From NCBI GenBank assembly GCA_017410605.1, contig JAFQQN010000005.1, forward strand, positions 108,741 through 172,740: 64,000 nucleotides of DNA. The letters are read 5' to 3'. This document shows, in pieces, positions 54,759-64,000 of the stretch. Source of the stretch: Clostridia bacterium (GTDB lineage Bacteria; Bacillota; Clostridia; Oscillospirales; Acutalibacteraceae). The position numbers were made by a program, and so were the translations under genes. The notes beneath the pieces are model-generated. The model did not search any database, was not told where the DNA came from, and saw nothing but the letters and a program-made list of their open reading frames with translations. Position 1 is the stretch's first letter; every line of letters begins with the position of its first letter.

Positions 54759-57704
54759 TTACTGAACGTTATATTGCTCACGTTTGCGCTGAATTTCATT
54801 ATCTGCAATTTCAGCCCATTTTATAAGCATATCTTTTGCGTTTTTATTGTTTTCAACTACATTCCAGTATGCCTGGTCAATACATCTGGAAGTGTAGTAG
54901 CTTCCGGGAATTTCAGGAACCTCCTGGAGCATCTTCCATTGGGCAAGAAGGTTCTTGACGCTTTCCTTGTCCCAACCCATATTTGAAAGTGCTTCAACGT
55001 TAGCAGTAGCAACACGTCCGGAAACACCGAGAATGGATTCACAGTTGTTAGAATACTCTAACTGAGTTTCTGCAGAAGTCCACCATTTAAGGAACTCCCA
55101 ACCTAAGTGCGGGTTATTAGAAACCCTTAAAATACCACAGCCTGTACCGGAACCGGCCTGAACATTATTTATCTTTCCGTCTTCACCCTTAAATCCGGGA
55201 ATGGGAACCATCTTCCACTTGCCGGTAATTTCGGGAGCAGCCATAGAAAGGTTAATATATGTTGTATAGTTTTGAATACCAAGAGGCATTGTACCTATAC
55301 GGAAACGGTTGAAGAAGTCGGCTGTTTTAGGGAATTTATATTCGGTGTAGAAATCTATCCAGAATTCGAAAGCTTTAATAGAAGTTGGTGTGGTAAGGTT
55401 GGTTGCTGTACCTTTTTCGTTATAAAGCTCTCCGCCCATTTGCATTATAAGTGTGGGCAAAATACTAAGAGAACCAACACCTGCATTAACCTGAGCAACA
55501 GTGGTTATCTGAGTATATGGCAAACTGGCCTGAAGGTTATTACGGTAAAGTATAGAAGCGGTTTCAATATACTCATCCCAGGTTGTAGGAACCTTAAGAC
55601 CATACTCTTCAAAAAGGTCGGTACGGTAGAACATCATATAGAAGTTGATTGTATCGGGAAGAGCATAAATTCCATCAGCAAAGGTAAAGGGAACTACCGA
55701 ATCCTTAGCATCCATAAAACGCTCGAGGGTTTTATCTAAGTCGCCGGTGTATTCATCGGTATACTGCTTGGTTTCGGGGTCATATTTATTAAACCTCTTA
55801 AGGTCTATCATAGACTTACGAAGTGCAAGGTTAACCGGTTCTGAACGGGCCATATGTAAAGAGCAGTCGGGTCCGCGGCCGGAAAGTATAGCCTGAACGT
55901 AAGAAGCGTTAGACATTTTAAGATTAACGCCTATACCTGTTTTGGGTGTAAAGGACGATTCAATAAGGTTATTAAGAACACGAATCTGGTCACGACCCCA
56001 GTTAGCCCAGATGGTTATGGTTTCTTCGGTTTCAAGGTTACCGGAAACATTGTTATAGTCGGCACTGAAGGAAGAAATGAAACGCTGAACGCTGTAAGAG
56101 GTTTTCTCAAACCAGCTAGCCTTAGGATCAGCTATTTGTGCATCGGGGGCGGCAACAACAATGTAGTCGAGGTTGAGGCCCATTTCCATCATAGAATAAA
56201 CAAGCGCACTAACACTTGTATAGTTGGAATAGAACATAGATTTATACTGGTGAGCAGTATATTTGTTCTTATGCATATTATCTAAAACGGCAGAAAGTGA
56301 ACGGATAGTGGTAGCGTTTGTGCCGCCGTCCTGACCTGCTAAATCCTCAATGGCGTAAGAAATTCGGTTAAGCTCGTCTCTGTAAGCTTCAAGGTTTTCC
56401 ATAAAGTTTGGAATCTGATCGAACAGGGCATAGTCACGGTTGCTGTCGGGGGACTCACCGGTAATCATAACAATGTTACGGTAAAGAAGACCGATTTCAT
56501 AAACAACATCATTAAGGTCGCGAACAATTTCGGTAAGGTCGCCAAGGCTAACCTCTAAAGAAATAAGGTTTTCGCCCTCTTTGAAATAAACAAGGTAAGG
56601 ATTACCCTCGTCATCAGAATACTCCATCATATTCCAATCAAGGTCATACTCAAAACCAATATTAGCAGCTTCTGCAAAAGGCTGTTCACCATTAATGGTA
56701 AGCTTTCGGTAAGAGGTGCCGTTAAGAACAAGGCTCTGCTGATAGCGGAAGCCCAGCTTATAATAACCGGCCTTATCAATATTAACCTTCCAGGTTATTT
56801 TGCTTCCCGGAGCAGACCAGTTAGCATCACCAATATAGTTAATACGGGTAAGATAGGGGTTAGAGCCAGCCTCAGAAGAAACGCTTGGATCACTTTGGTC
56901 ATATTGACCTACAAGAGAGTTGTTGCTCTTATAAAGAGCATCTTCGCCCTCTAAAATGATAGGGTTTTCTAAGGTTGCATATTCTGCTTTATCATAATTA
57001 GCCGAAACGGTATTATAATCATCATATTCCACAGGTGCTTCGAGAATAATGTCATTCAGAGCTACCGGCTCTGCCACGGAAAGTACTTCAATTGTATGTT
57101 TGCCGGCAGTAAGGGCAATAACATAAGGTTTGGGCTGCATACCAGTTGGGTCTTTAAAATACTCAGTTTGGAACATGTAGGTTTCCTTTTGAGCTGCAGC
57201 AAACTGGTTGCCTATACCGTCAACACGAACATCGCCATCATCAACAAACACTCTGGGCAGTTCAAATGCGCCCATGCCTTCAAAAAGAACCTTGCCATCA
57301 AACTTAAGACCTAAGGAAACAGGATTGTTCTTATTAGGCATAGCATAATAATCAAACTTTACGGTGTAAAGCCCATCTTTGGGTACGTTAATATCATAAA
57401 TAACGCTTCCCTCTTCATTTGTCCACTTGAGAACACCGCTTTTGCCTTCAAAACTGTCAACCTTTTCAACCTGAGCATTCTCAGATGAAACAAAGGAAAC
57501 AGCATCTATAGTAATTTTACTTTCGGCAGGAGCAAAGCCCTCTGTCGCGGCCAAGTACTCTACATAAGATATGGCACCAGAACCTGTAGGCATAGCAGAT
57601 GTGGTTTCCACCGCCCCGTCAACCGGCTCTGCAGATACACTTCCGGTATAAAGACCGGTGAAAAGCATTACTGCTGCCAGAACAAGACTAATCTTTCTTT
57701 TCAT
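54759..57704 (-). CDS. Giant (about 981 aa) extracellular solute-binding protein with two N-terminal CBM-like beta-sandwich modules
   Basis: Start set at MKRKISLVLAAVMLFTG after GGAGG. Two similar roughly 150-aa modules (DGLYTVKFDYYA... and AGYYKLGFRYQQ...) precede a family-1 SBP body. Confidence 0.75.
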   Translation of the reverse strand: MKRKISLVLAAVMLFTGLYTGSVSAEPVDGAVETTSAMPTGSGAISYVEYLAATEGFAPAESKITIDAVSFVSSENAQVEKVDSFEGKSGVLKWTNEEGSVIYDINVPKDGLYTVKFDYYAMPNKNNPVSLGLKFDGKVLFEGMGAFELPRVFVDDGDVRVDGIGNQFAAAQKETYMFQTEYFKDPTGMQPKPYVIALTAGKHTIEVLSVAEPVALNDIILEAPVEYDDYNTVSANYDKAEYATLENPIILEGEDALYKSNNSLVGQYDQSDPSVSSEAGSNPYLTRINYIGDANWSAPGSKITWKVNIDKAGYYKLGFRYQQSLVLNGTSYRKLTINGEQPFAEAANIGFEYDLDWNMMEYSDDEGNPYLVYFKEGENLISLEVSLGDLTEIVRDLNDVVYEIGLLYRNIVMITGESPDSNRDYALFDQIPNFMENLEAYRDELNRISYAIEDLAGQDGGTNATTIRSLSAVLDNMHKNKYTAHQYKSMFYSNYTSVSALVYSMMEMGLNLDYIVVAAPDAQIADPKASWFEKTSYSVQRFISSFSADYNNVSGNLETEETITIWANWGRDQIRVLNNLIESSFTPKTGIGVNLKMSNASYVQAILSGRGPDCSLHMARSEPVNLALRKSMIDLKRFNKYDPETKQYTDEYTGDLDKTLERFMDAKDSVVPFTFADGIYALPDTINFYMMFYRTDLFEEYGLKVPTTWDEYIETASILYRNNLQASLPYTQITTVAQVNAGVGSLSILPTLIMQMGGELYNEKGTATNLTTPTSIKAFEFWIDFYTEYKFPKTADFFNRFRIGTMPLGIQNYTTYINLSMAAPEITGKWKMVPIPGFKGEDGKINNVQAGSGTGCGILRVSNNPHLGWEFLKWWTSAETQLEYSNNCESILGVSGRVATANVEALSNMGWDKESVKNLLAQWKMLQEVPEIPGSYYTSRCIDQAYWNVVENNKNAKDMLIKWAEIADNEIQRKREQYNVQ

Positions 57705-58324
57705 TCGTTTTACCTCCGTGTGAATAATATGGAATATGCCCGTCTTCGGCCTTACATTATATAATGTATGCACCTGTCGGCCGGGTAAATGTTTGAGCAA
57801 ACACCCAAAACATTTACCTAAAGACGGAAAATACCGCCTCGGATGATACTTTTTTAATCCGAAACGTTGAAAAAAATAATATTTTAACCGATTTTAAGCA
57901 CCTTTTATGACTTGTTAAAGATTAATTGCCAAAACACACAAACGCAAACCCTAATATTTATGCAACTTTAAGCTGTTACAAAGAAAAAGGTGACATATTT
58001 GGTAATTATAACCAACAAAACTGCCATATAGACGCAAAAACACCGATTGCTATTTTATTTTATCATATTTTCACCACAATTAAAGTCTAATATTTTTCTA
58101 TAAAACTTAGAAAATTTAAACCGTTTTGTCGTCTAAAATCTCATTTTTGCCCTTTTTATCGAATTTGCTGTAATATGAATGGTTTTTTTATACAAAAAAT
58201 AACGTCTTAGTTTGTACAAAAAAACAAACACCAGTATGTCACTTTGCACAATAACTATTTTTTGAAAATAATAAATGTATATTTTTTATTTTCTAAAAAC
58301 GTTTCCAATATATACATAAGAATA

Positions 58325-58354
58325 GTAATAAAACTTCCCTGTTTTTCATACAAT
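58325..58354 (+). promoter_or_regulatory. SigE-type promoter of spoIIID
   Basis: CATACAAT matches the SigE -10 consensus exactly. GTAATAA lies 15 nt upstream. Confidence 0.5.
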
Positions 58355-58380
58355 TAAATAGTAATTTAGGAGTTGATTGT

Positions 58381-58629
58381 ATGAGGGAAGCTACTAAAAA
58401 TCGTGCGGTCGAGCTTGGGGAGTATATTGCCCTTAATAAAGCCACTGTACGCGCAACCGCCGGCAGATTTGGTATTAGTAAGTCTACCGTACATAAAGAT
58501 GTTACTCAGCGCCTTAAATCTCGCGACCCAGGACTATATGCCCAAGTAAAACAGGTGCTGGAGATTAATAAAATGGAACGGCATATAAGGGGCGGCATGG
58601 CCACAAGAAAAAAATATAAAGGTATTTAA
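58381..58629 (+). CDS. spoIIID: Stage III sporulation protein D (transcription factor)
   Basis: 82 aa. ...ATVRATAGRFGISKSTVHKDV... HTH, highly conserved. Confidence 0.92.
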   Translation: MREATKNRAVELGEYIALNKATVRATAGRFGISKSTVHKDVTQRLKSRDPGLYAQVKQVLEINKMERHIRGGMATRKKYKGI

Positions 58630-58697
58630 AAATATTTTTTGAGGTTTATAAAAACAGAGCCGGGCGACCGGCTCTGTTTTTATGTTAAAATATTAAA

Positions 58698-60149
58698 TTA
58701 TTCGCCTTTTACAATAACTGCTTCAATGCCTAATATGTCAGCAATCTTCTTTATGGTCTTTGCGTGATGGCCAATACCGAGAGCATAGTGGTGAGTAGGA
58801 CCTTCCATAACCCACTGCTTAATAAAGTCGCGAGTATTGGGCTCGAAATAACCACGAGTATTAGTATTTCCTGTGGGAGGGATAGCACCCTTCTTAGATT
58901 CACCTTCACCGATAACGAAGCGGAATTTTCCGTCATTTCCCTGTGTAATACCAAGCATTGTGATTGGGCCCTCCTTAAGCTTAAATTCAACAGAAGCGCC
59001 ACTTCCGGGCTTACCATGATATTTAAGTAAGCTTCTTAAAATGGGTTTACCTTCTGCTATACGCATATGGTGGGGACCGTCGTGACCTACAAAAATATAG
59101 TCCTCATCAAAACCGAAGGGGTGGAACTCGGCAAAACTGCCACCAATATCCAAACGGTCCATTATAAGCATTGCAATACAGGTTTTAATGTCATACTCAC
59201 CACACATTGGGAAGCCTTCAGCATTAAGAATAGAGTTGCCAACAATAAAGGAGCTGGCCACATGACGCTGAATGCTGCCTTCACTACCCTCATAGTAATA
59301 GGCCAAGCCGGTAAGCTTGAATTTTTCAATAAGCCTGTCAAGTGCTGCTGCGGTTTTAGCTGCCTCGTGAAGGTCTTTGTCGGTAACCTTAACGGTAACA
59401 GGGTCGCTAACAGGGTTGGGCATATCGAACTCGCGCTCAATAATTTCTTTCTTGGTTGCAATTTCTTCGTCGGTAACCTCATTATAAGCCTCAACGGCGT
59501 CTTCAATCTCTAAAAGAGGAACGTGAACACCAAATGCACTGGAAATAGCAGTGGGGTCGGCATGCATATCATACATAGCCTCCATAACATGACCCATAAG
59601 ACCCATTCTTGCGCCCTTAAGGTCATGAAGAACCTTTGCAATATCACACCATTCTTTAACCTCTGCCTCTACCCTCTTATCATCATAGAGAACACCAATA
59701 ATAACATCGCGAATTTTTCTATTCAAACGGTTTGCAACACAAATAAATTCGGGAACGGCACAAATTGCATCGTTTTCAAGCTGCATAAAGGTACAAGCCT
59801 TGGAGCAATCCATAGCCTCAAGAGGCTGAAGCGCCAAAAGTACCATGGGAACGTCAAGGTCACGAATAATAGGGGCGTAAACAGAGGAAGTCGCATAGGT
59901 TACCATGTTGCAGAAGATAACGTCAAGGTTATCGCCCTTCATTTTTTTAAGAACTTCATAGCCCTTTATACTGCTGTCTACCATACCGTAGTCTATAATT
60001 TCAACATCATTTGCGGCAATGTAATTCTGGGCATCCTTATGATAACCCATAATATTTTCTTCAAGTCCGGGGAACTGTGCCCAATATGTATCGTGTGCAA
60101 CAGCGAATATACCTATACGAGCATTTCTTTTATTTTTTCTTTCTAACAT
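58698..60149 (-). CDS. L-arabinose/L-fucose isomerase-family protein (specificity unknown)
   Basis: 483 aa. The N-terminal RIGIFAVAHDTYWAQFPGL pattern matches uncharacterised members of this family. Confidence 0.6.
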   Translation of the reverse strand: MLERKNKRNARIGIFAVAHDTYWAQFPGLEENIMGYHKDAQNYIAANDVEIIDYGMVDSSIKGYEVLKKMKGDNLDVIFCNMVTYATSSVYAPIIRDLDVPMVLLALQPLEAMDCSKACTFMQLENDAICAVPEFICVANRLNRKIRDVIIGVLYDDKRVEAEVKEWCDIAKVLHDLKGARMGLMGHVMEAMYDMHADPTAISSAFGVHVPLLEIEDAVEAYNEVTDEEIATKKEIIEREFDMPNPVSDPVTVKVTDKDLHEAAKTAAALDRLIEKFKLTGLAYYYEGSEGSIQRHVASSFIVGNSILNAEGFPMCGEYDIKTCIAMLIMDRLDIGGSFAEFHPFGFDEDYIFVGHDGPHHMRIAEGKPILRSLLKYHGKPGSGASVEFKLKEGPITMLGITQGNDGKFRFVIGEGESKKGAIPPTGNTNTRGYFEPNTRDFIKQWVMEGPTHHYALGIGHHAKTIKKIADILGIEAVIVKGE

Positions 60150-60163
60150 AGCTAATCCTCCAA

Positions 60164-62638
60164 TTATTTAAAATATTTTTCCCAGGTTTCCGCCTTATCC
60201 ATAACAAGCACAGTACCTGTAACATTAGAAATTTTTATTGCCTTTCCAAAAACGGTTTCTTGAACACTCTGTTCAAACTCTTGGCTAACATAGTGAGGAT
60301 AGATTGAATTTAGCATAGCATAGGTTTTGTCAGGGTCACCGTTTTTAGGCAGAACATATAATGTAGCATTTTTAAGGCCGCTTATTTGAATTCTTCTTTC
60401 AACACCCATTTGTGTACAAATTGCCTCAATAGCGTGAAGTGAGGTGTTGTCCTCTTGACTTACAAATACACGGCATTCGTGTCTCCAAGCTCTCGGCATA
60501 TGATAAATGGCACTGCCATTTTCTAAATAGGTTTCATTAGCCAACAAAAGAGGTGCGCCAAGCTCGGTTTTAAGGGAAATTTTAACCGTTGTATCGGGGC
60601 AATAACCCGAATACCACAAGCTTCCCTCATTGCGGTGCATCATAATAACCGGCTCTTTAACCGATTTATTAAGCTTTTCAACCTTTATAGAATATCCCAT
60701 ATCCTCTGCTTGGGCACGAAGAAGAATTTCCACCGGGAAGAGCTCTTCATTAACGGTAGTGTCTTTTTTAACCGCGTCATCGGCATCGGTGGCTTTTCTG
60801 GAGCAATCTGAACCTCGGCACCAAGAAATTTTTCCACCCTGCCACAGAGGGTTAGAAACGGTATGTGCAATGATTCTTTCTTTTTCCCCACCAACAGCCG
60901 AAACTAAAACATTGGTATAACCGTTTTCGTTATGTAAGCACTCACAAAGGCCGCCGTCGGTAAGAACGCTGCCATAGGAAAGCTTCTTGGCATAATTATC
61001 AAAAATAAGGTTGTCTAAATATTTTGTTGTCTTTGCTTCAAACATACCTTCAAGACTGTCGCAAATCTCTATATTAAGCACTTCAAGCAAAGAGGCTTCA
61101 GCCTTTTTAAGGCTTCCGTAAAGCATTACTCTGCCACCGTTTTTAACATAGCTTATTAAACTTTCGGTAACAACGCTTCCCTTTTCGGGAACGGGGCTAA
61201 CCAAAACCCTGTTTTTAAGAAAAGCTTCTTTTTCGTTGCTTAACCTCACAAAATTATCTGTAGAAATAACAGTGCTAAGGGGTAAAGAACGGTTAATAGC
61301 GGCAATTATATACCAATCCTCAAAGAAGGATTTTTCAAGTCTTCCGCTTTCCAATGTATTATACTCTCTAAAGGGGTATACCCAAACAAAGGGCGAGGCC
61401 TCATCAGGTGAATTTTCATAAGCCGAAAGCAGAAAAGGAATAACCTCTCGCGGCACTCTTTCAGGCATATCACCATAAGAATTGTCAATGGACAGCATAT
61501 TAAGATGACTGGCAACCACCGTTTCACCGTTATTATTTATTCTGGCACAGCTCATAGGCAGATAAATATCGTGGGGCTGACCTTCATAACGATCTATCCA
61601 AGGGCTGTTAAGCCACCAAGGGTCGTGAATATAGAACCTAAAGAGGTAATCTTCACCGGGAAGCTCGGCGGCACGGGACATATATCCCGCAAGTTCTAGA
61701 CCAAAGTTGCCGTCTAAAGCGGCCCAAGGAGAATTTGGAGGAGGAAGAAGCTTTTCAACCTCTTCATATATCATCTTATGGTTAACAGCATCGCTGGAAT
61801 AGTCTATGCCAACGGTAAGATTAGTTCCCCTTGTTTCAATAGGAAAGCTACAATTTTTTCTGAACAATCTCCAGAAGTTGGCAATTTTTTCTTCACAGTT
61901 TTTAACCTTTTCGGGAAAGAAATTTTTCCCGTCATAAAGAGCACCTGTAACACCCCAGGTTTCAGTTCCAAAACCAAAGCCGTTTGATAGCCAAATATAA
62001 TCAAATCCCATATCGGAAAGAAATACTTCAGCCTGTTTGCCCAAAAACTCACCCACCGGTGTACCCTCAGGAATACCGTTGGGATAGGCAGCATAGCTAC
62101 GACCGTCTGCATTAAGGGTATAGTAACAACAAACCATACTCTTAACGCCCATTGAGGCACCCTCACAAATTTCGTTATGACGGTTATATTTAAAATCTGA
62201 AAGAGCAAACTCTGGCCCGGGGTCAAAGGTTTCACCAACCTGAATTTCTTTTCCGGTCATCTCTTTGCCTATTTTTTTAAGGGTAGCTATAATTTCTTTA
62301 AGATGTTTATAACGCATAACAGGTGGATTTTCTATGTAATCATAGCTACGGGTATGAAGACCTTTACCATCAGGGTCAACTGTTTTATCCCAACTTTGTC
62401 TTCGGTTAGCACCGCCAATAAAACGGTCCCATTCGAAAATATCTTCCATATTTCGGTTGTAATCTAAAAGCTCACTGCCGTCAGAAGTCCACATTAATAT
62501 GGCAATTCTTTCTGCCTCTTTTACCAAAGGCAACCACTGTGTAAAAACCTCGCGACAAACCTTTTCAATATAATCAGAAGAATTTTCTTTAAAAGGTTTA
62601 AGGCTAAGCTCTAGTGTTACACTTTTCGGTCGGTTCAT
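60164..62638 (-). CDS. Large cytoplasmic protein of unknown function (824 aa), possibly a glycoside-hydrolase-like enzyme
   Basis: Start set at MNRPKSVTLELSLKPF after GGGGGG. No signal peptide. I recognise no family. Confidence 0.6.
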   Translation of the reverse strand: MNRPKSVTLELSLKPFKENSSDYIEKVCREVFTQWLPLVKEAERIAILMWTSDGSELLDYNRNMEDIFEWDRFIGGANRRQSWDKTVDPDGKGLHTRSYDYIENPPVMRYKHLKEIIATLKKIGKEMTGKEIQVGETFDPGPEFALSDFKYNRHNEICEGASMGVKSMVCCYYTLNADGRSYAAYPNGIPEGTPVGEFLGKQAEVFLSDMGFDYIWLSNGFGFGTETWGVTGALYDGKNFFPEKVKNCEEKIANFWRLFRKNCSFPIETRGTNLTVGIDYSSDAVNHKMIYEEVEKLLPPPNSPWAALDGNFGLELAGYMSRAAELPGEDYLFRFYIHDPWWLNSPWIDRYEGQPHDIYLPMSCARINNNGETVVASHLNMLSIDNSYGDMPERVPREVIPFLLSAYENSPDEASPFVWVYPFREYNTLESGRLEKSFFEDWYIIAAINRSLPLSTVISTDNFVRLSNEKEAFLKNRVLVSPVPEKGSVVTESLISYVKNGGRVMLYGSLKKAEASLLEVLNIEICDSLEGMFEAKTTKYLDNLIFDNYAKKLSYGSVLTDGGLCECLHNENGYTNVLVSAVGGEKERIIAHTVSNPLWQGGKISWCRGSDCSRKATDADDAVKKDTTVNEELFPVEILLRAQAEDMGYSIKVEKLNKSVKEPVIMMHRNEGSLWYSGYCPDTTVKISLKTELGAPLLLANETYLENGSAIYHMPRAWRHECRVFVSQEDNTSLHAIEAICTQMGVERRIQISGLKNATLYVLPKNGDPDKTYAMLNSIYPHYVSQEFEQSVQETVFGKAIKISNVTGTVLVMDKAETWEKYFK

Positions 62639-62884
62639 AAAATCCCCCCAATATTTTCTGTATTCATTATACATAAACAGTCCATTCTTTTCTATGTGTA
62701 TTTTAAACATTAATATGTCAAAAACAAACATAATTAAGCATCTCTTACAAAAAACGGACTAAAATATGTTTATTTTGAACAGTTGATTTTTTTGTAAAAT
62801 GCATTTATACTCAAATATAACACAACTTATAAACTAATTAAGGTTTATTTTTGCAATATTTAGAGTTAAGCAAGGGGCCATTTT

Positions 62885-63745
62885 ATGAAAAATATAAACT
62901 TTTGCGACATTAATCCTTTTGTACGTTATGCTCAGTTTTTAACCATAACCTCTAACCGCCAATATATTGACATTGCACCGTATGATTACCGTATGTTCTT
63001 TTGCCGAAGCGGTAGCGGAACTATTATTATAAACGGAATAAGCTATAGTATGAAACCCGGTTGTGTAATCATGTGGCCACCGGGATGTAAATACAGTATT
63101 CTATTAGGAGATAATAGTTCAGTTTTAAACCTTATGGGTGTTAATTTTGATTATACCCAGAACTTTAATTACTTATCTTCCCCTATACCGCCGGAAAAAT
63201 GGCGAAGCTACAACAGCAAGAAAATTGTTGAGCTAATAAATTTTACCGATTGTAAGGCTCTAAACCACCCCTTGTATATTCCTGATGTTCCGTTTTTACA
63301 TAATCAAATGTATAATACAGTAGCCGAGCATATATCTAAAAAGAAGTTCTACCACATTCACAACTCGGGTCAGCTTAAAAGTATTTTATCATTAATTGCC
63401 CGTTTCGCCGCTAATGAGAAAAGTGTGGCAAAAAGCGAACTTCTTGTTGACGAAATAGTTCAATACATTCATTCCCATTACCGCGAAGAAATAAACAATA
63501 CTGTTTTAGGTGATATTTTTGGTTACCACCCAAACCATCTTAACCGCCTAGTTGTTCAAAATACCGGAATGTCTATACACAAATATCTTGTGAAATGTCG
63601 AATCAACGCCGCCATAGAGCTTATACAGGCCAGTGATTTGAAAACAGGCGAAATTGCAGAAGCGGTTGGGTTTAAAGACAGCACTCACTTTTTAAAATAT
63701 TTCAAAAAAATCACAGGAAAAACCACTAGTGATTTTAGAAGATAA
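62885..63745 (+). CDS. AraC-family transcriptional regulator
   Basis: Cupin-like N-terminus and a C-terminal double HTH (...IAEAVGFKDSTHFLKYFKKITGKT). Confidence 0.9.
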   Translation: MKNINFCDINPFVRYAQFLTITSNRQYIDIAPYDYRMFFCRSGSGTIIINGISYSMKPGCVIMWPPGCKYSILLGDNSSVLNLMGVNFDYTQNFNYLSSPIPPEKWRSYNSKKIVELINFTDCKALNHPLYIPDVPFLHNQMYNTVAEHISKKKFYHIHNSGQLKSILSLIARFAANEKSVAKSELLVDEIVQYIHSHYREEINNTVLGDIFGYHPNHLNRLVVQNTGMSIHKYLVKCRINAAIELIQASDLKTGEIAEAVGFKDSTHFLKYFKKITGKTTSDFRR

Positions 63746-63788
63746 AAACTGCTTGTTAATTAAGGCTTTCTTAATTAACAAGCAGTTT
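63746..63788. terminator. Bidirectional terminator
   Basis: 19-bp stem AAACTGCTTGTTAATTAAG / CTTAATTAACAAGCAGTTT. Confidence 0.8.
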
Positions 63789-63800
63789 AATTTTTAAAAC

Positions 63801-64000
63801 TTAATCTTTTGCAATCTGTTCGGCAGATTTGTTTAAAATGTATTTATTTATTGCAGCGGCGGCGGCCTTACCGGCACCCATAGCAAGAATAACCGTAGCT
63901 GCACCGGTAACAGCATCACCACCGGCATAAACACCCTCTCTGGAAGTAAGGCCGTCTATTCCATCGGTAACAATACAGCCCCTGCTGTTTGTTTCTAAGC
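63801..64000 (-). CDS. C-terminal end of a GltD-type FAD/NAD(P) oxidoreductase (glutamate synthase small-subunit-like). The 5' part lies outside the window.
   Basis: Own translation: ...ETNSRGCIVTDGIDGLTSREGVYAGGDAVTGAATVILAMGAGKAAAAAINKYILNKSAEQIAKD*. Confidence 0.6.
   Translation of the reverse strand, partial: LETNSRGCIVTDGIDGLTSREGVYAGGDAVTGAATVILAMGAGKAAAAAINKYILNKSAEQIAKD

Noticed and set aside
57850-57875. Catabolite-responsive element (cre) near CCGAAACGTTGAAA in the ABC-locus upstream region
   Set aside because: It has four mismatches to the TGWAANCGNTNWCA consensus, including the flanking TG/CA, which is too weak.
59523-60146. 207-aa plus-strand ORF, plus other long antisense ORFs (for example 2912-3352, 5571-6014, 39802-40167, 45837-46193 and 55272-55739)
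   Set aside because: All lie antisense within strongly supported genes and show biased, low-complexity composition. They are shadow ORFs.

Overview
This 64 kb window looks like chromosome from a spore-forming Clostridia-class Firmicute, with moderate-to-low GC by eye and most genes on the minus strand. I base that on the spoIIIAA-AH operon, spoIIID, a SpoIID domain, and the L21-Prp-L27-Obg cluster.

The conserved backbone contains:
- an rRNA m5C methyltransferase (partial), YitT, Mini-RNase III, obg, and rpmA/prp/rplU
- mgtE, pncB, a DUF1846 protein, Asp23, and spoIIIA
- a nagB / LbH-transferase / HTH-glmM operon
- hisS, pcrA, thiI, a NifS-like desulfurase, and a YpsA-like protein

Non-routine content:
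1. An accessory stretch (about 6885-12825) starts with a RAYT/IS200-like gene carrying an in-frame stop. Inside it, three copies of the 3' end of a GGGtGRT-family gene delimit two small, visibly AT-rich islands. Island A holds two signal-less beta-helix GH28-like proteins. Island B holds a Zn-ribbon protein, a DUF2493/SLOG protein and a divergent Xre regulator, plus a long nested hairpin that may be an sRNA.
2. An uncharacterised NifU-like + GGGtGRT operon.
3. Two adjacent paralogous giant membrane proteins. One is a CinA/PncC cytoplasmic module, a TM segment and an apparently intact class-B sortase domain. The other is a degenerate CinA-N-like module, a TM segment, a degenerate sortase-like domain and SpoIID.
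4. A 13 kb ATPase-less carbohydrate ABC locus. It has two permease pairs, two binding proteins (one about 980 aa with CBM-like modules), an NHL-propeller/TPR/Yip1 membrane protein and a split DUF5696-like gene.
5. A 40-aa Asn/Gln/Lys-only micro-ORF.
6. An isomerase-like gene, an unknown 824-aa protein and an AraC regulator.

I saw no rRNA, tRNA or CRISPR array. All calls come from reading the sequence and ORF translations by eye. No database search was run, so family names are recognition-based.
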